A DNA stretch of 64,000 bases. It comes from Candidatus Poribacteria bacterium. Lineage in GTDB: Bacteria > Poribacteria > WGA-4E > WGA-3G. Positions 51,157 through 62,294 of this stretch are shown here, piece by piece; the stretch's first letter is position 1; each line of letters opens with the position of its first letter. Under the pieces are notes generated by a model. The model was not told the DNA's origin, did no database searches, and saw only the letters and a program-made list of their open reading frames with translations. The stretch lies in assembly GCA_965205025.1 (NCBI GenBank), contig CBDBFU010000023.1:60455-124454 (forward strand), in the 5' to 3' direction. A program made the translations under genes and the position numbers.

Positions 51157-52350
51157 ATGAGAACAATAATAATCCTGCTGCAATTACTAATAATTTCTAC
51201 TACGCATATCAATTCTATGGAAAAACAACCAGTATTTGAGAAAATTGATCCTTACTTAGCCACACCCGCTTCAGGACATCTCTATGAGATTCCTGTGGTT
51301 ATCATGAGATTTTTACCAACGAAAGATGGTAAAAATCTTGATGTTAATAAAGCACCAGATTTTTGGGATTTAGGTGAGATAACTATAGAGGAACTGAAGA
51401 CAAAGATAGATGTATTTGACAAACGAATTAAGTATATGCTTGAGGAAGGTACAAGGTTTAGAGGTTATAAGAATCCATCTGCTGTTCCATCTATTGGTTA
51501 TCGGGTAGTAGAATATATCACTATCTACGAACAGACACCCAAAGGTGAAGTGAATAGTCATTTAGAAGATGGTACACCTTTATATTCACCTGATTACCAT
51601 AAGATATTTGAACGGTTTAACATGGAACATTATGTTAATGATTTTGGTGTAAAAGAGATATGGATATGGATGGGTGGTGTTAACTCCGATTTTCCGTGTT
51701 ATGATCCAACAATGCATAAATCTGAGGATTTCAGAAACTGGTGGGAATCCAATATGTCAAGTCCACTAACAGGAGATATATCTAATAGTAATCGTGACAA
51801 TGATGATCTACCCATCTATAATTCTACATATACAGTGTATGGACAGAATTTCAGACGAAGTCATGCTGAAGCAGTGCATAATCACGGTCATCAATTGGAA
51901 GCAATTCTGAGTCATGTTGATCATTTACAGTTTGGTAATACAGATCTCTTTTGGAAGAAATTCGTTGGACAAGATGAGGAAGGGGAATTCATTACAGGAC
52001 GTGTTGGATGGACACATATGCCACCGAACACCACTAAACACTACGATTATACCGATACGATGACGCTTGTGGAAAGTGATATTGAAGATTGGACACCAGA
52101 TAATAGTGGAGAGAAAAAGTTAGTAAACGTTGATACATACGCTAACCTAAGATACCATTGGCGAGATGAGAATACTGAAGAAATACCACAATTTATCGAA
52201 TCACAATGGTATATATACTGGATGCAAAATATGCCGGGATATAAGAATGGAATACTGTATGAAGAAAGAGAGATGACTAATTGGTGGATATTTACTGCAG
52301 ATTGGGATAAAGCGATTTCTTCAGAATTAGGTTTAGTTTCAAATCCCTAA
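51157..52350 (+). CDS. secreted hypothetical protein, possible metal-binding hydrolase
   Basis: N-terminal hydrophobic signal; HNHGHQLE and GWTH.PPN; Trp-rich. Confidence 0.7.
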   Translation: MRTIIILLQLLIISTTHINSMEKQPVFEKIDPYLATPASGHLYEIPVVIMRFLPTKDGKNLDVNKAPDFWDLGEITIEELKTKIDVFDKRIKYMLEEGTRFRGYKNPSAVPSIGYRVVEYITIYEQTPKGEVNSHLEDGTPLYSPDYHKIFERFNMEHYVNDFGVKEIWIWMGGVNSDFPCYDPTMHKSEDFRNWWESNMSSPLTGDISNSNRDNDDLPIYNSTYTVYGQNFRRSHAEAVHNHGHQLEAILSHVDHLQFGNTDLFWKKFVGQDEEGEFITGRVGWTHMPPNTTKHYDYTDTMTLVESDIEDWTPDNSGEKKLVNVDTYANLRYHWRDENTEEIPQFIESQWYIYWMQNMPGYKNGILYEEREMTNWWIFTADWDKAISSELGLVSNP

Positions 52351-52402
52351 TTTCATTATTGGTTCAGATTATAGTATTTATGTGGTGATTTCTGAAAACT
52401 CC

Positions 52403-54262
52403 TTATAGATTATTTAGGTAAGGTGACATATCCCACAAGTAGATAACTCCGTCAAAACCTCCACTTGCTAATAGCGTGTCGTCAGGTGAAAAAGCAACAG
52501 ATTCTACATCACTTTTATGTCCAGAGAATTCTACAACAAGCTGTGTTGTCTTCACATTCCATATCTGTATTTTTGGTTTCCGTCCTCTTCCACCAATAGC
52601 GAGAAATGAGCTGTCTTGCGAAAATACAAACGACTCAACTCTTACTGTTTCAAGTTTCAAAATTTTCTGCCACGACTTAGTATCCCATAGATTGACTTCA
52701 TTATCAGATGTAGTGGCAAGAAGTGTGTTATCAGGTGAAAATGTAACAACTCTAACCAAAGAAGGGTGTTCAAGTGTAACAATTTCTTTTCCTGTACTAA
52801 TTTCCCAGATTTTTACAGTTTGGTCAACAGGACTTTCCTCTGAAGTCGTGAAATAAATAGTTCCATTATCTTCTTGCATTTCAAAATTACGACCTCCTCC
52901 ACTTGCCAAGAGTGTGCCATCAGGTGAGAATGTGAGATCATATACTGCACCAATGTGACCAGTAAACGTATGTAGATGTTCTTCTGTCTCGGTATTCCAG
53001 AGCTTGATATTATTATCCAATCCTCCTGTAGCTGCAATCCTACCGTTCCGAGAAATAGCAGCAGAAACAACTTCAGTCTGGTGCGCGAATACAGCTTTTT
53101 GTATTTCATCTATTAACAACGTAGCAGTGTCTCCAGTTCTGCTTAATCCAATAATGTTACCTTCGGTTGAATACGTCAAGTCTTTTGCTTGTCCGATATC
53201 TCGGTCAATAATCTTAATATCTTTCCCATATACGACATCCCACACCTTTATTGCCGAACCTTCTGTCATACCAACTAAGTTTCTACCATCAGGTGAGAAA
53301 CTGATAAGCCAACTGTACCAACTGTTCGGATGAGTGAGTGGGATATCCTTAATGTGTTCATTTATCCCTATTTCATCTATATTAGCAACTGATGTTCCAG
53401 TAGCAGTACAACGTACATCAGGGCAATCCTTTGAGAAATGGATTGCAATATACTTGTTATCTCTTGAAAAAGTAATTGATGTAGCAGATTCTTTATGAGT
53501 AAGACCCCATATTGGGTTACCAGTTTGAACGTTCCAAAGCACCATGCGAGCATCCCTATTATCAACTACGTGTTCTGCTGAGGCAAATAATTTTCCATTT
53601 GGAGAAAAGGCGATACAATTAACTTCACCATTATCAAAGCTTATAGTTTGTCCCGATTCAAACTTGATATCTGATTCTTTTTTCTGGTGACTGAAACACC
53701 AGCGTATTTTCCCTGTATCGATATCCCATAAGTTGACAATTCCATCCCAACTTGCTGTTGCGATTAGCAACCCATCTGGAGAAAAAGCAACTGAAGATAC
53801 ATAATCGTCATGGGAAATAGTCAAATAAGCTTCATCCTTTATAATATCCCATAGAAATGCTTTACCATTCCGAGTGCCAGTTGCCAAGAGTTTTCCATTT
53901 GGAGAAAATGCGACTGAAGTCACATAGTTAGTATTCGTATAGGTGGCAAGGTTTTCTCCAGTATCCGTATCCCACAATGAGGCAATGCCATCCCAATCTC
54001 CTGTAACGATTTTGGTGCTATCGGGAGAAAATGTAACCTCTGAAAGGAGACCTGTACCTTCTACTGCGATTAGTTTTATAAAATCCTCAGTATGTGCATT
54101 ATAGAGCCAGACACCGATACGAGATGCTACTGCAATCATATTCCCATCGGGAGAGACGGAAGTAGCAGAGAACCCTCCCCTACCAAATCGCGCCATCGCT
54201 TCTGGTGGTAAAGAGATAAGGTTTTCTTCAGGATAATTCTGTAAAGAAGATTCTGTAAGCAT
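52403..54262 (-). CDS. WD40 repeat protein
   Basis: Many VAFSPDG.LLA....DG...LWD repeats; LPPEAMARFGRG N-terminus. Confidence 0.92.
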   Translation of the reverse strand: MLTESSLQNYPEENLISLPPEAMARFGRGGFSATSVSPDGNMIAVASRIGVWLYNAHTEDFIKLIAVEGTGLLSEVTFSPDSTKIVTGDWDGIASLWDTDTGENLATYTNTNYVTSVAFSPNGKLLATGTRNGKAFLWDIIKDEAYLTISHDDYVSSVAFSPDGLLIATASWDGIVNLWDIDTGKIRWCFSHQKKESDIKFESGQTISFDNGEVNCIAFSPNGKLFASAEHVVDNRDARMVLWNVQTGNPIWGLTHKESATSITFSRDNKYIAIHFSKDCPDVRCTATGTSVANIDEIGINEHIKDIPLTHPNSWYSWLISFSPDGRNLVGMTEGSAIKVWDVVYGKDIKIIDRDIGQAKDLTYSTEGNIIGLSRTGDTATLLIDEIQKAVFAHQTEVVSAAISRNGRIAATGGLDNNIKLWNTETEEHLHTFTGHIGAVYDLTFSPDGTLLASGGGRNFEMQEDNGTIYFTTSEESPVDQTVKIWEISTGKEIVTLEHPSLVRVVTFSPDNTLLATTSDNEVNLWDTKSWQKILKLETVRVESFVFSQDSSFLAIGGRGRKPKIQIWNVKTTQLVVEFSGHKSDVESVAFSPDDTLLASGGFDGVIYLWDMSPYLNNL

Positions 54263-54301
54263 ATCAAATCCTAAGTTGAAGTTAAAAGTTAATATAAAAT
54301 A

Positions 54302-54449
54302 GCACCAGTTTGATAATAAGAAATGTCAGCGTTATAAACAGTAATTGACCTAAGGACAGTCTTGCAGCCTTTGTAGCACAAACTTACCAGTTTTATACTC
54401 TGGTGTTAACTAAAAGTTCTGGCTACAATGTATCTTATCATACTCACGT
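54302..54449. mobile_element. second, inverted copy of the IS982-ended MITE
   Basis: Reverse complement aligns along its length to 37411-37550. Confidence 0.72.
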
Positions 54450-54690
54450 TCGAATAGAATTCAATATCTATCCAGCAATGGATTCTGTACTATATCTTCG
54501 TCCCAGTAGGTTTCCAAACCACAGCGAATCAGAAACCCAGATGCATCGAATCTTCAATATAAGGATTATACGTTGATTCAAACGTAATATCGTGGTTAAT
54601 TTTGAATGGGTTGTCTAATATACAGATGTCAGTCCGTCAATACACCATTTGTTGAGAGAAAGAAAATTCAGATCGAAAATACTATCAATC

Positions 54691-56583
54691 CTATAGATCT
54701 ATATCCCACAAAAGGACAGTCCCATCGTCACTGGCGCTAAATAACGTTTGTCCATCTTGACTGAACGTCAAAGTAGTAACCCATTTTGTGTGTCCATCCA
54801 ATTGCCTTTTCAACTCACCAGTCTTTGTATCCCATAGTCTAACATCCCTATCTGAACTGCCACTTGCGAGTAATTTACCATCAGGACTAAATGCTAATGA
54901 GAAGACAGGATACCAATGACCAGTTAATGTCAACTTTGTGCTACCTGTTTCATAGTCCCACAGGTGTATGATCTTATCACCACCACCACTTGCAAATGTT
55001 TTGCCATCAGGACTCAAAGCAAGACTTTTAACCCCTTCAAAACTCAATGGACTTCCGCTATGACTTCCTGATGCATCAGTATGAGCAGTATACGTCTTGA
55101 TATTTTCACCTGTCGTGACATCCCAAAGTCGAATTGAGTTGTCTTCACTTCCACTGATTAGGCTCTGTCCGTTGGGTGTAAAGAGGACACTATGGATCCT
55201 GTGATTATGACCTTTGAGCGTCCTTGTTAATTGACCCGTGTTTATATCCCACAAGCGAATAGTTGTATCCTCACTTCCAGTTGCGATGATCATTCCATCC
55301 GGACTCATAGCAATACAATGTAAACCCTTATGTTCTGAAAGGAACATCTTGTGTTTGCCAGTTTGGGCATTCCAAATACGGACACTGTTATCAACCCCAC
55401 CTACGATTGTTTTACCATCCGGTGTGAAGACAAAACCTGATACTGTATTGATAAACCTATCAAGCGTTTTGACCAGTTGTCTTGTACTGATGTCCCAATA
55501 ACGTATTGTTCCATCTTCATATCCGCAGACTATATGTTTGCCATCTGGATGAAAGATCATGCTGCTAACATTGTCTGTATGTCCAGTGATAATATGCTTC
55601 TGTTTGCCTGTGTGCGTATCCCAGAAGCGTATTGTTCCATCACCACTACCACTACTTGCAAGCGTGTTTCCATTGGGATTATACGCTAAACCCAATAGGT
55701 CCCATGTGTGTTCAGAAAATGTGTGTATTTGTTTACCCGTCCGTATGTTCCAAATACGAACTGTTTCATCCCCATAAGATGAGCTCGCACACATATTTCC
55801 ATCAGGACTGAATGCTATACGTTGAACATCAAATGAGTGTCCAGTGAGTTTCCGTATCAGTTCACCTTTGGTTATATCTACAATATAGATGATACCATCT
55901 GTATTGCCTATGACGATTAATTTTACATCTGGACTGAATCCGACACTAATTACATATCCTGTCATTATTATTGTGAATGACTTCTTCAGTTCACCAGTAG
56001 TCGCATCTGACACACTAACTTCACCTTCACCTGTTACACTGACTATAGTCGTTCCATCAGGACTGAAAGAAAAATCACTAATATTATAAGGTATTCCTGT
56101 GATAGTATGCTTATGTTCACCTGTTATTGTATCCCAAAGAATAATGGTATCCTCGTTTCCACTTGCGAGTGTCTTTCCGTCTAAACTAAATTTCAATATG
56201 TTCCTCGGAAGTATTCTTATGTGTCCGATTAGAGGAATACGTTTTCCTGAATCTATATTCCACAAGAAAATACTACTGTCTTGTCCTGCACTTGCAAAGG
56301 TTTGCCCCTGAGGATTGAATTCAATGTTTGAGATTGCACAATTATGTTCTGTGAGAAGACTGATTCCTTGATATGTGGTTGTGTCATATAACCAAATTCC
56401 AATTGTAGTTGCAACGGCAAGTATTTTGCCGTCAGGAGCATACTCAATCTCTGTAATTTTTCCTTTACCAAGACGTGCTTTTGCTCCTTCTGGTAGATTC
56501 CACTGCATGACATCCTGTGCAAAACTTGTTTGAATGAATAGGATACTGATAAGTGTTACAGTTAGCATTTGCATCAATTTCAT
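54691..56583 (-). CDS. secreted WD40 repeat protein
   Basis: Signal peptide, WNLPEGAKARLGKG, many GH...FSPDG...D.TIRLWD repeats. Confidence 0.93.
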   Translation of the reverse strand: MKLMQMLTVTLISILFIQTSFAQDVMQWNLPEGAKARLGKGKITEIEYAPDGKILAVATTIGIWLYDTTTYQGISLLTEHNCAISNIEFNPQGQTFASAGQDSSIFLWNIDSGKRIPLIGHIRILPRNILKFSLDGKTLASGNEDTIILWDTITGEHKHTITGIPYNISDFSFSPDGTTIVSVTGEGEVSVSDATTGELKKSFTIIMTGYVISVGFSPDVKLIVIGNTDGIIYIVDITKGELIRKLTGHSFDVQRIAFSPDGNMCASSSYGDETVRIWNIRTGKQIHTFSEHTWDLLGLAYNPNGNTLASSGSGDGTIRFWDTHTGKQKHIITGHTDNVSSMIFHPDGKHIVCGYEDGTIRYWDISTRQLVKTLDRFINTVSGFVFTPDGKTIVGGVDNSVRIWNAQTGKHKMFLSEHKGLHCIAMSPDGMIIATGSEDTTIRLWDINTGQLTRTLKGHNHRIHSVLFTPNGQSLISGSEDNSIRLWDVTTGENIKTYTAHTDASGSHSGSPLSFEGVKSLALSPDGKTFASGGGDKIIHLWDYETGSTKLTLTGHWYPVFSLAFSPDGKLLASGSSDRDVRLWDTKTGELKRQLDGHTKWVTTLTFSQDGQTLFSASDDGTVLLWDIDL

Positions 56584-56643
56584 TATCTTTTTATTTCCTT
56601 AATTTTCACAATTCACTCAACTTGACTAAATATTGATTAGGTA

Positions 56644-56892
56644 ACGTGAGTTTGATAATTAAAAACTTGTAAATAGAGAATCCCTTAGTTATTATGATGT
56701 TTTAGCATTAACTCTCTAAACTAAGGAGTTCTCTAATGGATATCATAACACTTTTCTGTGAAATTGACGACTTTTTCCTTGATTATGAACAATATCAAAC
56801 ACAACACCAGTTACCGGATATACTCAGAACAGACAACACAAAAGGCAGACTGTGAAACCTTCATCCGAGCGAAGTCATGACGGTACTTGTCC
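56644..56892 (+). pseudogene. IS982-family left end and truncated transposase
   Basis: ACGTGAGTTTGAT end; AAGGAG + ATG 56736 MDIITLFCEIDDFF...GRL*NLHPSEVMTVLV, then stop. Confidence 0.72.
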
Positions 56893-56946
56893 ATAAATTA
56901 TCGTAGGAATGGGGTTTCCCTGTCCGCATACTACCGAATTAAAAAA

Positions 56947-56993
56947 TTAAACTTCATAAGGCATTCCCGGTATGAACGCCTTATGAAGTTTAA
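56947..56993. terminator. 16-bp stem hairpin
   Basis: TTAAACTTCATAAGGC ... GCCTTATGAAGTTTAA. Confidence 0.5.
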
Positions 56994-57105
56994 ATAATAC
57001 CACTTCCAATTGATAGACTTACATTACAATTAATTCACTTGCATCCCTTCCCCAGATTTTATATACTGTATACTGGTAATTACACATCAATATTGGAGAA
57101 TTTCC

Positions 57106-59307
57106 TTGTCCGAAAACTTATTAAACTCCCTAAACAATATACAACGTCAAGCAGTTCAACATACCACGGGACCGTTGCTCATATTATCGGGTGCTGGTAG
57201 CGGTAAAACTCGTGTCATCACCCATCGCATTGCATATCTCATCAAAGAACACCGGGTCTCCCCCTTCCGTATTTTGGCAGTCACCTTTACTAACAAAGCT
57301 GCCAACGAAATGAAAGAACGATTGGAAATCCTCGTGGATCCAGGGGTTAGCAAAAACCTATGGGTTGCAACCTTCCATTCCACATGTGCAAAATTTCTGC
57401 GCCGTGATATCGAACAATTAAAGGGATTTACAAGTAATTTCACTATCTACGATAAGAGTGAACAGGTTACAGTAGTAAAAGATGTTATCAGGCAATTTGG
57501 ATTAGATGACAAACAGCATAGTCCACGCACCATACACGACATGATAAGTGGTGCCAAAAACAAGAATATTAGTCCTGCAAACTATGAAGATATGGCGGAA
57601 GGATTCTATGAGAAAATCGTTGCAAAGGTATATCCACAGTATCAAGATACACTCCGAAAAAACAATGCATTAGATTATGATGATTTGCTCAATTATACTG
57701 TAGAACTTTTTAAGAAATATCCCGATATTCTTAAGAAATATCAACAACAGTTCCTCCATATTCTGGTGGATGAATATCAAGATACAAATCAAACACAATA
57801 TGAACTTGTTAAGTTGTTGTCTGGTGAGAGGAAGAACGTATGTGTGGTCGGTGACGATGACCAATCTATCTACGGTTTCCGTGGTGCAGACATCTATAAT
57901 ATACTAAATTTTGAGAAACATTATGATAACACAGAAGTCCTTCGTTTAGAACAAAACTATCGATCCACGCAGAATATCTTAGATGCAGCATGGAGTGTTG
58001 TACAGAATAACAAGAATAGAAAAGAGAAAAAGCTTTGGACTGAAAATGATGCTGGTGAACTTGTTACATGTTATAAAGCCATGGATGAAACTGACGAAGC
58101 AGGATACGTTGGGACTAAGATTGAAGAATGGCATGCAGAGGGTGTAGATTTTTCAGATTTCGCAATATTTTATAGAACCAATGCACAATCCCGTATTTTT
58201 GAACAGGCATTACGTTCTGCGAATATCCCTTATCAGATAGTTGGAGGATTAGGGTTTTATGACCGTATGGAGATAAAAGACCTTATCGCATACCTACGCG
58301 TCGTGTGTAATCCGGATGACTCTATCAGCGTTAGACGTATCATTAATGTCCCCGCCCGAGGAATCGGTCCCACATCCCTGGAACGATTGATGAATTTTGC
58401 CGATAAGCATGAAATATCACTGTTTGAAGCCGTTGTTAGAGTTGATGAAAACACCGAGATCAGTACCGGTATCAATCGGAAAATTAACAGATTTGCAAAG
58501 ATCTTCAATAAATACGGTCCAGATGATTTACCTGCTGAAGTGCTTGAACATATCTTAGAAGTCACAGGTTATCTTGAGCATTTCAGAAGTCAACGATCCA
58601 TAGAAGCACAGAACCGTGTAGAGAATATTGAAGAATTGATGAATGCTGTCTACGAATATGAAATGGTGGCAGACGAACCGACACTATTAGATTATTTAGA
58701 AAACATCGCCCTTATTTCTGATATAGATACAATGGATACAGATGAGAACACAGATAAAGTGCCAATGATGACACTACATAGTGCTAAAGGATTAGAATTC
58801 CCATTTGTTTTCATTGTTGGGATGGAAGAGGGGTATTTACCGCATCAAAGGTCTATAAATACAGAAGCAGAAATAGAAGAGGAACGTCGACTCTGCTATG
58901 TTGGTATCACGCGTGCAATGGAACAGTTGTATATTGTCCATGCGGAAGCCAGACGAAGTTGGGGTGGCGTTGAATATAAAGTGCCATCTCGTTTCATAGA
59001 TGAAATTGATGAAAAACTCATTAGACATGTTGATAGGTACAATTCTGCATTTTCAGACACAGATGAGGATGAATATGAAGATGAAAATGAACCGACCGAT
59101 TCCCCATCAACTGAGTATGTTCAGGAAGTAAAGACAAAAACGCTTTATGAAATTGGTCAGATTGTAATGCATCCAAAATTTGGACGCGGTAAAATCATTA
59201 CTATATCTGGTGAAGGAGACGATACATTTGTAACTGTTTTCTTTGACCGGTCTATGGTAAAACAGTTTGCTGCTTCTATAGTACCGTTGGAGGTGCTTGA
59301 AAGTTGA
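57106..59307 (+). CDS. pcrA: ATP-dependent DNA helicase PcrA/UvrD
   Basis: GAGSGKT, TFTNKAA, VDEYQD, VGDDDQSIY, LEQNYRS, TLHSAKGLEF, EERRLCYVGITRA, C-terminal HPKFG. Confidence 0.95.
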   Translation: MSENLLNSLNNIQRQAVQHTTGPLLILSGAGSGKTRVITHRIAYLIKEHRVSPFRILAVTFTNKAANEMKERLEILVDPGVSKNLWVATFHSTCAKFLRRDIEQLKGFTSNFTIYDKSEQVTVVKDVIRQFGLDDKQHSPRTIHDMISGAKNKNISPANYEDMAEGFYEKIVAKVYPQYQDTLRKNNALDYDDLLNYTVELFKKYPDILKKYQQQFLHILVDEYQDTNQTQYELVKLLSGERKNVCVVGDDDQSIYGFRGADIYNILNFEKHYDNTEVLRLEQNYRSTQNILDAAWSVVQNNKNRKEKKLWTENDAGELVTCYKAMDETDEAGYVGTKIEEWHAEGVDFSDFAIFYRTNAQSRIFEQALRSANIPYQIVGGLGFYDRMEIKDLIAYLRVVCNPDDSISVRRIINVPARGIGPTSLERLMNFADKHEISLFEAVVRVDENTEISTGINRKINRFAKIFNKYGPDDLPAEVLEHILEVTGYLEHFRSQRSIEAQNRVENIEELMNAVYEYEMVADEPTLLDYLENIALISDIDTMDTDENTDKVPMMTLHSAKGLEFPFVFIVGMEEGYLPHQRSINTEAEIEEERRLCYVGITRAMEQLYIVHAEARRSWGGVEYKVPSRFIDEIDEKLIRHVDRYNSAFSDTDEDEYEDENEPTDSPSTEYVQEVKTKTLYEIGQIVMHPKFGRGKIITISGEGDDTFVTVFFDRSMVKQFAASIVPLEVLES

Positions 59308-59492
59308 TAGTTATTAGTTTATAGTTTTTGAGCCAAATTACAGTATTTTCCTAAATTTTCGAAATTTTTATGTAGGTAATAAACTTTAAATATGTCCATA
59401 AACCCAAATAGCATAAGCCTTTACGATAAATATTGACATAACTTAAACATTTAACAATAAATAATACGAAAAAAATATAAAAGGATATATCA

Positions 59493-59924
59493 ATGCAAAA
59501 GTACATATTAATCGCACTCTTAATGGTCATTGGATTAGGTTTAACTGTCGTTTTTTCACAGGATGAGAATATTGCAGCTGAACTCGATGTCTTGGTTGAT
59601 GAAAACCTTAGAGCAACTCAGGCTGAGGATATGGATGCTATGTTGTTTACACTCCATTCCGATTCACCTGCTTACCAGCAAACAAAACAGATGTCTGAGG
59701 TGTTATTTCCACAATACGATATAAATTATGAAAAAATTGTTTTTAGATTTATTGGATTAGATGGTGAGTATGCCCTTGGCAGGTTCAAGTTTTGTGCATC
59801 TAAAATTGCAGGACCAGAATTCCAAGACAATTGTCTTGACACCATCCATGTCTTTAAACAAGAAAATGGTAATTGGAAGATATGGAGCATGGCAACACTT
59901 GAATTAGAATTTACCAATCAATAA
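59493..59924 (+). CDS. secreted NTF2/SnoaL-like protein
   Basis: Signal peptide; EDMDAML...H; FKQENGNWKI. Confidence 0.65.
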   Translation: MQKYILIALLMVIGLGLTVVFSQDENIAAELDVLVDENLRATQAEDMDAMLFTLHSDSPAYQQTKQMSEVLFPQYDINYEKIVFRFIGLDGEYALGRFKFCASKIAGPEFQDNCLDTIHVFKQENGNWKIWSMATLELEFTNQ

Positions 59925-59954
59925 ACAGGTCTATCTGAAAGGATAACGAACTAT

Positions 59955-60251
59955 ATGGCAACAATAGACACAGATGGTGTAAGTCATGTTGCAAACTTAG
60001 CACGGCTTGAGTTTAATGACACAGAGACACAAGAATTTACCGAAACCCTTGCTCGAATTTTAGACTATATCAGCAAGTTAGATGAATTGGAGACAGATGA
60101 TGTTGAACCAACATCTCATATCCATCCACTACAGAATATAACGAAAGCAGATGTAGTCAAGCTTTCATTACCTCGTGATGAAGTTCTGGCAAATGCTCCT
60201 GAACCTGAAGAAGGTTTTTTCAGTGTACCCAGAGTAATTGAAACGGAGTAA
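59955..60251 (+). CDS. gatC: Asp/Glu-tRNA amidotransferase subunit C
   Basis: HVANLARL...ILDY...L.ELET.DVEPT...LANAP....FFSVPRVI. Confidence 0.95.
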   Translation: MATIDTDGVSHVANLARLEFNDTETQEFTETLARILDYISKLDELETDDVEPTSHIHPLQNITKADVVKLSLPRDEVLANAPEPEEGFFSVPRVIETE

Positions 60252-60264
60252 GGAGCATTATTCT

Positions 60265-61725
60265 ATGTCGCTGAACCAATTAACTGCCCACGAACTACAC
60301 AAAAAACTCAAAGCAAGAGAAATCACATCTATAGAATTGACTGAGTCTGTCTATAACCGAATTGATACTGTTGAATCCAAAGTCAAAGGATACTTAACAT
60401 TAACTAAAGATAGTGCTTTAGAACAGGCACAAGCCGCAGATGCAGGTTTTCAGAGGGGTGACGAAATGCCACCGCTTGCTGGTATACCGATAGCTATTAA
60501 GGATGTCATCTGTACGAAGGGGATAAGAACGACTTGTGCATCAAAGATACTCAGTAATTTTGTGCCACCCTATGATGCGACAGTGATGACAAAACTCAAT
60601 CACCATGGCATTGTCATGGTAGGTAAGACAAATATGGATGAATTTGCCATGGGGTCGTCCACAGAGAATTCGGCATATCAGACAACACATAATCCATGGG
60701 ACCTGGACACAATACCTGGTGGGTCAAGTGGTGGTTCAGCAGCAGTGGTAGCAGCTGATACAGCAATTTGCTCATTGGGGTCAGATACAGGTGGATCCAT
60801 TCGTCAACCTGCTGCACTTTGTGGCGTAGTAGGCATGAAACCAACATACGGACGTGTGTCACGATACGGTCTCATTGCATTTGCTTCTTCATTGGATCAG
60901 ATTGGCCCCTTTACCAAAGATGTTACGGATTGTGCTTTAGTATTAAACGCTATTTGTGGTAATGATGAAATGGACTCAACTGCGGTTGATATATCTGTAC
61001 CAGATTTCACACAATCCCTTATCAACGATGTTAAAGGTCTGAAAATAGGTGTTCCTAAAGAATACTTTACAGAAGGATTAGATAACCAGGTCGCTGATAA
61101 GGTAAATGAGGCGATATCAGAATTTGAAAAGTTGGGAGCTTCTATTGAAGAAATTAGTTTACCTCATACAGAATATGCGATTGCAACTTATTATATTCTT
61201 GCACCAGCGGAGGCGAGTGCCAATCTAGCCAGATATGATGGTGTACGATATGGATATAGAACTGAAGATCCGTCCGATATGATTGATATGTATAAGAAAA
61301 CTCGGAGTGAAGGTTTTGGAGAAGAAGTTAAACGGAGGATAATGCTTGGAACTTTTGCATTGAGTGCGGGGTATCAAGATGCATATTACAAAAAGGCACA
61401 AAAAGTACGAACACTTATCAGATCAGATTTTGATACAGCATTTGAAAAGGTTGATATTATTGCAACACCTACATCACCAACACCTGCATTTCGGATTGGA
61501 GAACGAACAACAGATCCGTTGCAAATGTATCTATGTGATGTGATGACAACACCCGCAAGCCATGCTGGATTACCTGGAATCTCTCTACCTTGTGGAATTG
61601 TAGACCGTGGTTTACCCGTAGGGTTGCAACTGCTTGCGCCACCTTTTGATGAGGCAACTTTGTTGAGAACAGCCTATACCTTTGAACAGAACACAGAACA
61701 CCATTTACACAAGCCTAATCTATAA
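60265..61725 (+). CDS. gatA: Asp/Glu-tRNA amidotransferase subunit A
   Basis: [44 protein letters not shown]; AAGGAG RBS before ATG 60265. Confidence 0.96.
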   Translation: MSLNQLTAHELHKKLKAREITSIELTESVYNRIDTVESKVKGYLTLTKDSALEQAQAADAGFQRGDEMPPLAGIPIAIKDVICTKGIRTTCASKILSNFVPPYDATVMTKLNHHGIVMVGKTNMDEFAMGSSTENSAYQTTHNPWDLDTIPGGSSGGSAAVVAADTAICSLGSDTGGSIRQPAALCGVVGMKPTYGRVSRYGLIAFASSLDQIGPFTKDVTDCALVLNAICGNDEMDSTAVDISVPDFTQSLINDVKGLKIGVPKEYFTEGLDNQVADKVNEAISEFEKLGASIEEISLPHTEYAIATYYILAPAEASANLARYDGVRYGYRTEDPSDMIDMYKKTRSEGFGEEVKRRIMLGTFALSAGYQDAYYKKAQKVRTLIRSDFDTAFEKVDIIATPTSPTPAFRIGERTTDPLQMYLCDVMTTPASHAGLPGISLPCGIVDRGLPVGLQLLAPPFDEATLLRTAYTFEQNTEHHLHKPNL

Positions 61726-61765
61726 TAACGTTCCAAGCGTAAAGAAAGAAGGACGGTTATCAGAT

Positions 61766-62266
61766 ATGAAAGTGATTTCAGCCCCACTCGGTGGACTCTT
61801 AGGAGCAATTTTAGGTGGCGTTCTTTGGGCACTATATATTAAATGGACAGGTAACAGATGGGGATTTTTGGCAGTTGGAATTGGAGCTTTGACTGGAATA
61901 GGTATTGTATTTTCAGGTAGTCAAGGATTTGAAGTATCTGATAAAAAACACTGGTTAATGCTATCAATTGGAGCAGCTTTTTTTTCAATAATTGGATTCT
62001 ACATTGGGAAGTTTCTTGATGTACAATTGAATGCAATAACCCAAATTGCTGAAATGATGATGCAGGAATACAATCTCACTATGGAAGAAGCATTACCCAG
62101 TGCAAGAGTACAATTTTCTGGATATTCACGCTGGGAACTAATGAAGGATAGGATGGATTGGTATGATGCTCTTTTTGTTGGTATTGCTGCATTAACTGGT
62201 TTTTATTTAACATATCATCCGCGACTGAGAAACCTTATTTCAAATATCAATAAACAACGAAAATAA
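61766..62266 (+). CDS. hypothetical membrane protein
   Basis: Gly-rich hydrophobic segments; probable start MKVISA. Confidence 0.7.
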   Translation: MKVISAPLGGLLGAILGGVLWALYIKWTGNRWGFLAVGIGALTGIGIVFSGSQGFEVSDKKHWLMLSIGAAFFSIIGFYIGKFLDVQLNAITQIAEMMMQEYNLTMEEALPSARVQFSGYSRWELMKDRMDWYDALFVGIAALTGFYLTYHPRLRNLISNINKQRK

Positions 62267-62294
62267 GACTTTCAACACTTAAAATGGAGAACAA

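Noticed and set aside
56853-56855. In-frame TGA in the IS982 fragment as possible Sec
   Set aside because: Not at a Cys motif, no comparable hairpin seen, and the gene is truncated shortly after.
57061-57085. SOS box upstream of pcrA
   Set aside because: CTGTATACTGGTAATT matches only half of CTGT-N8-ACAG, and the LexA motif of this lineage is unknown to me.
59955-61725. gatCA without gatB as an anomaly
   Set aside because: gatB is often encoded elsewhere; this cannot be judged from one window.
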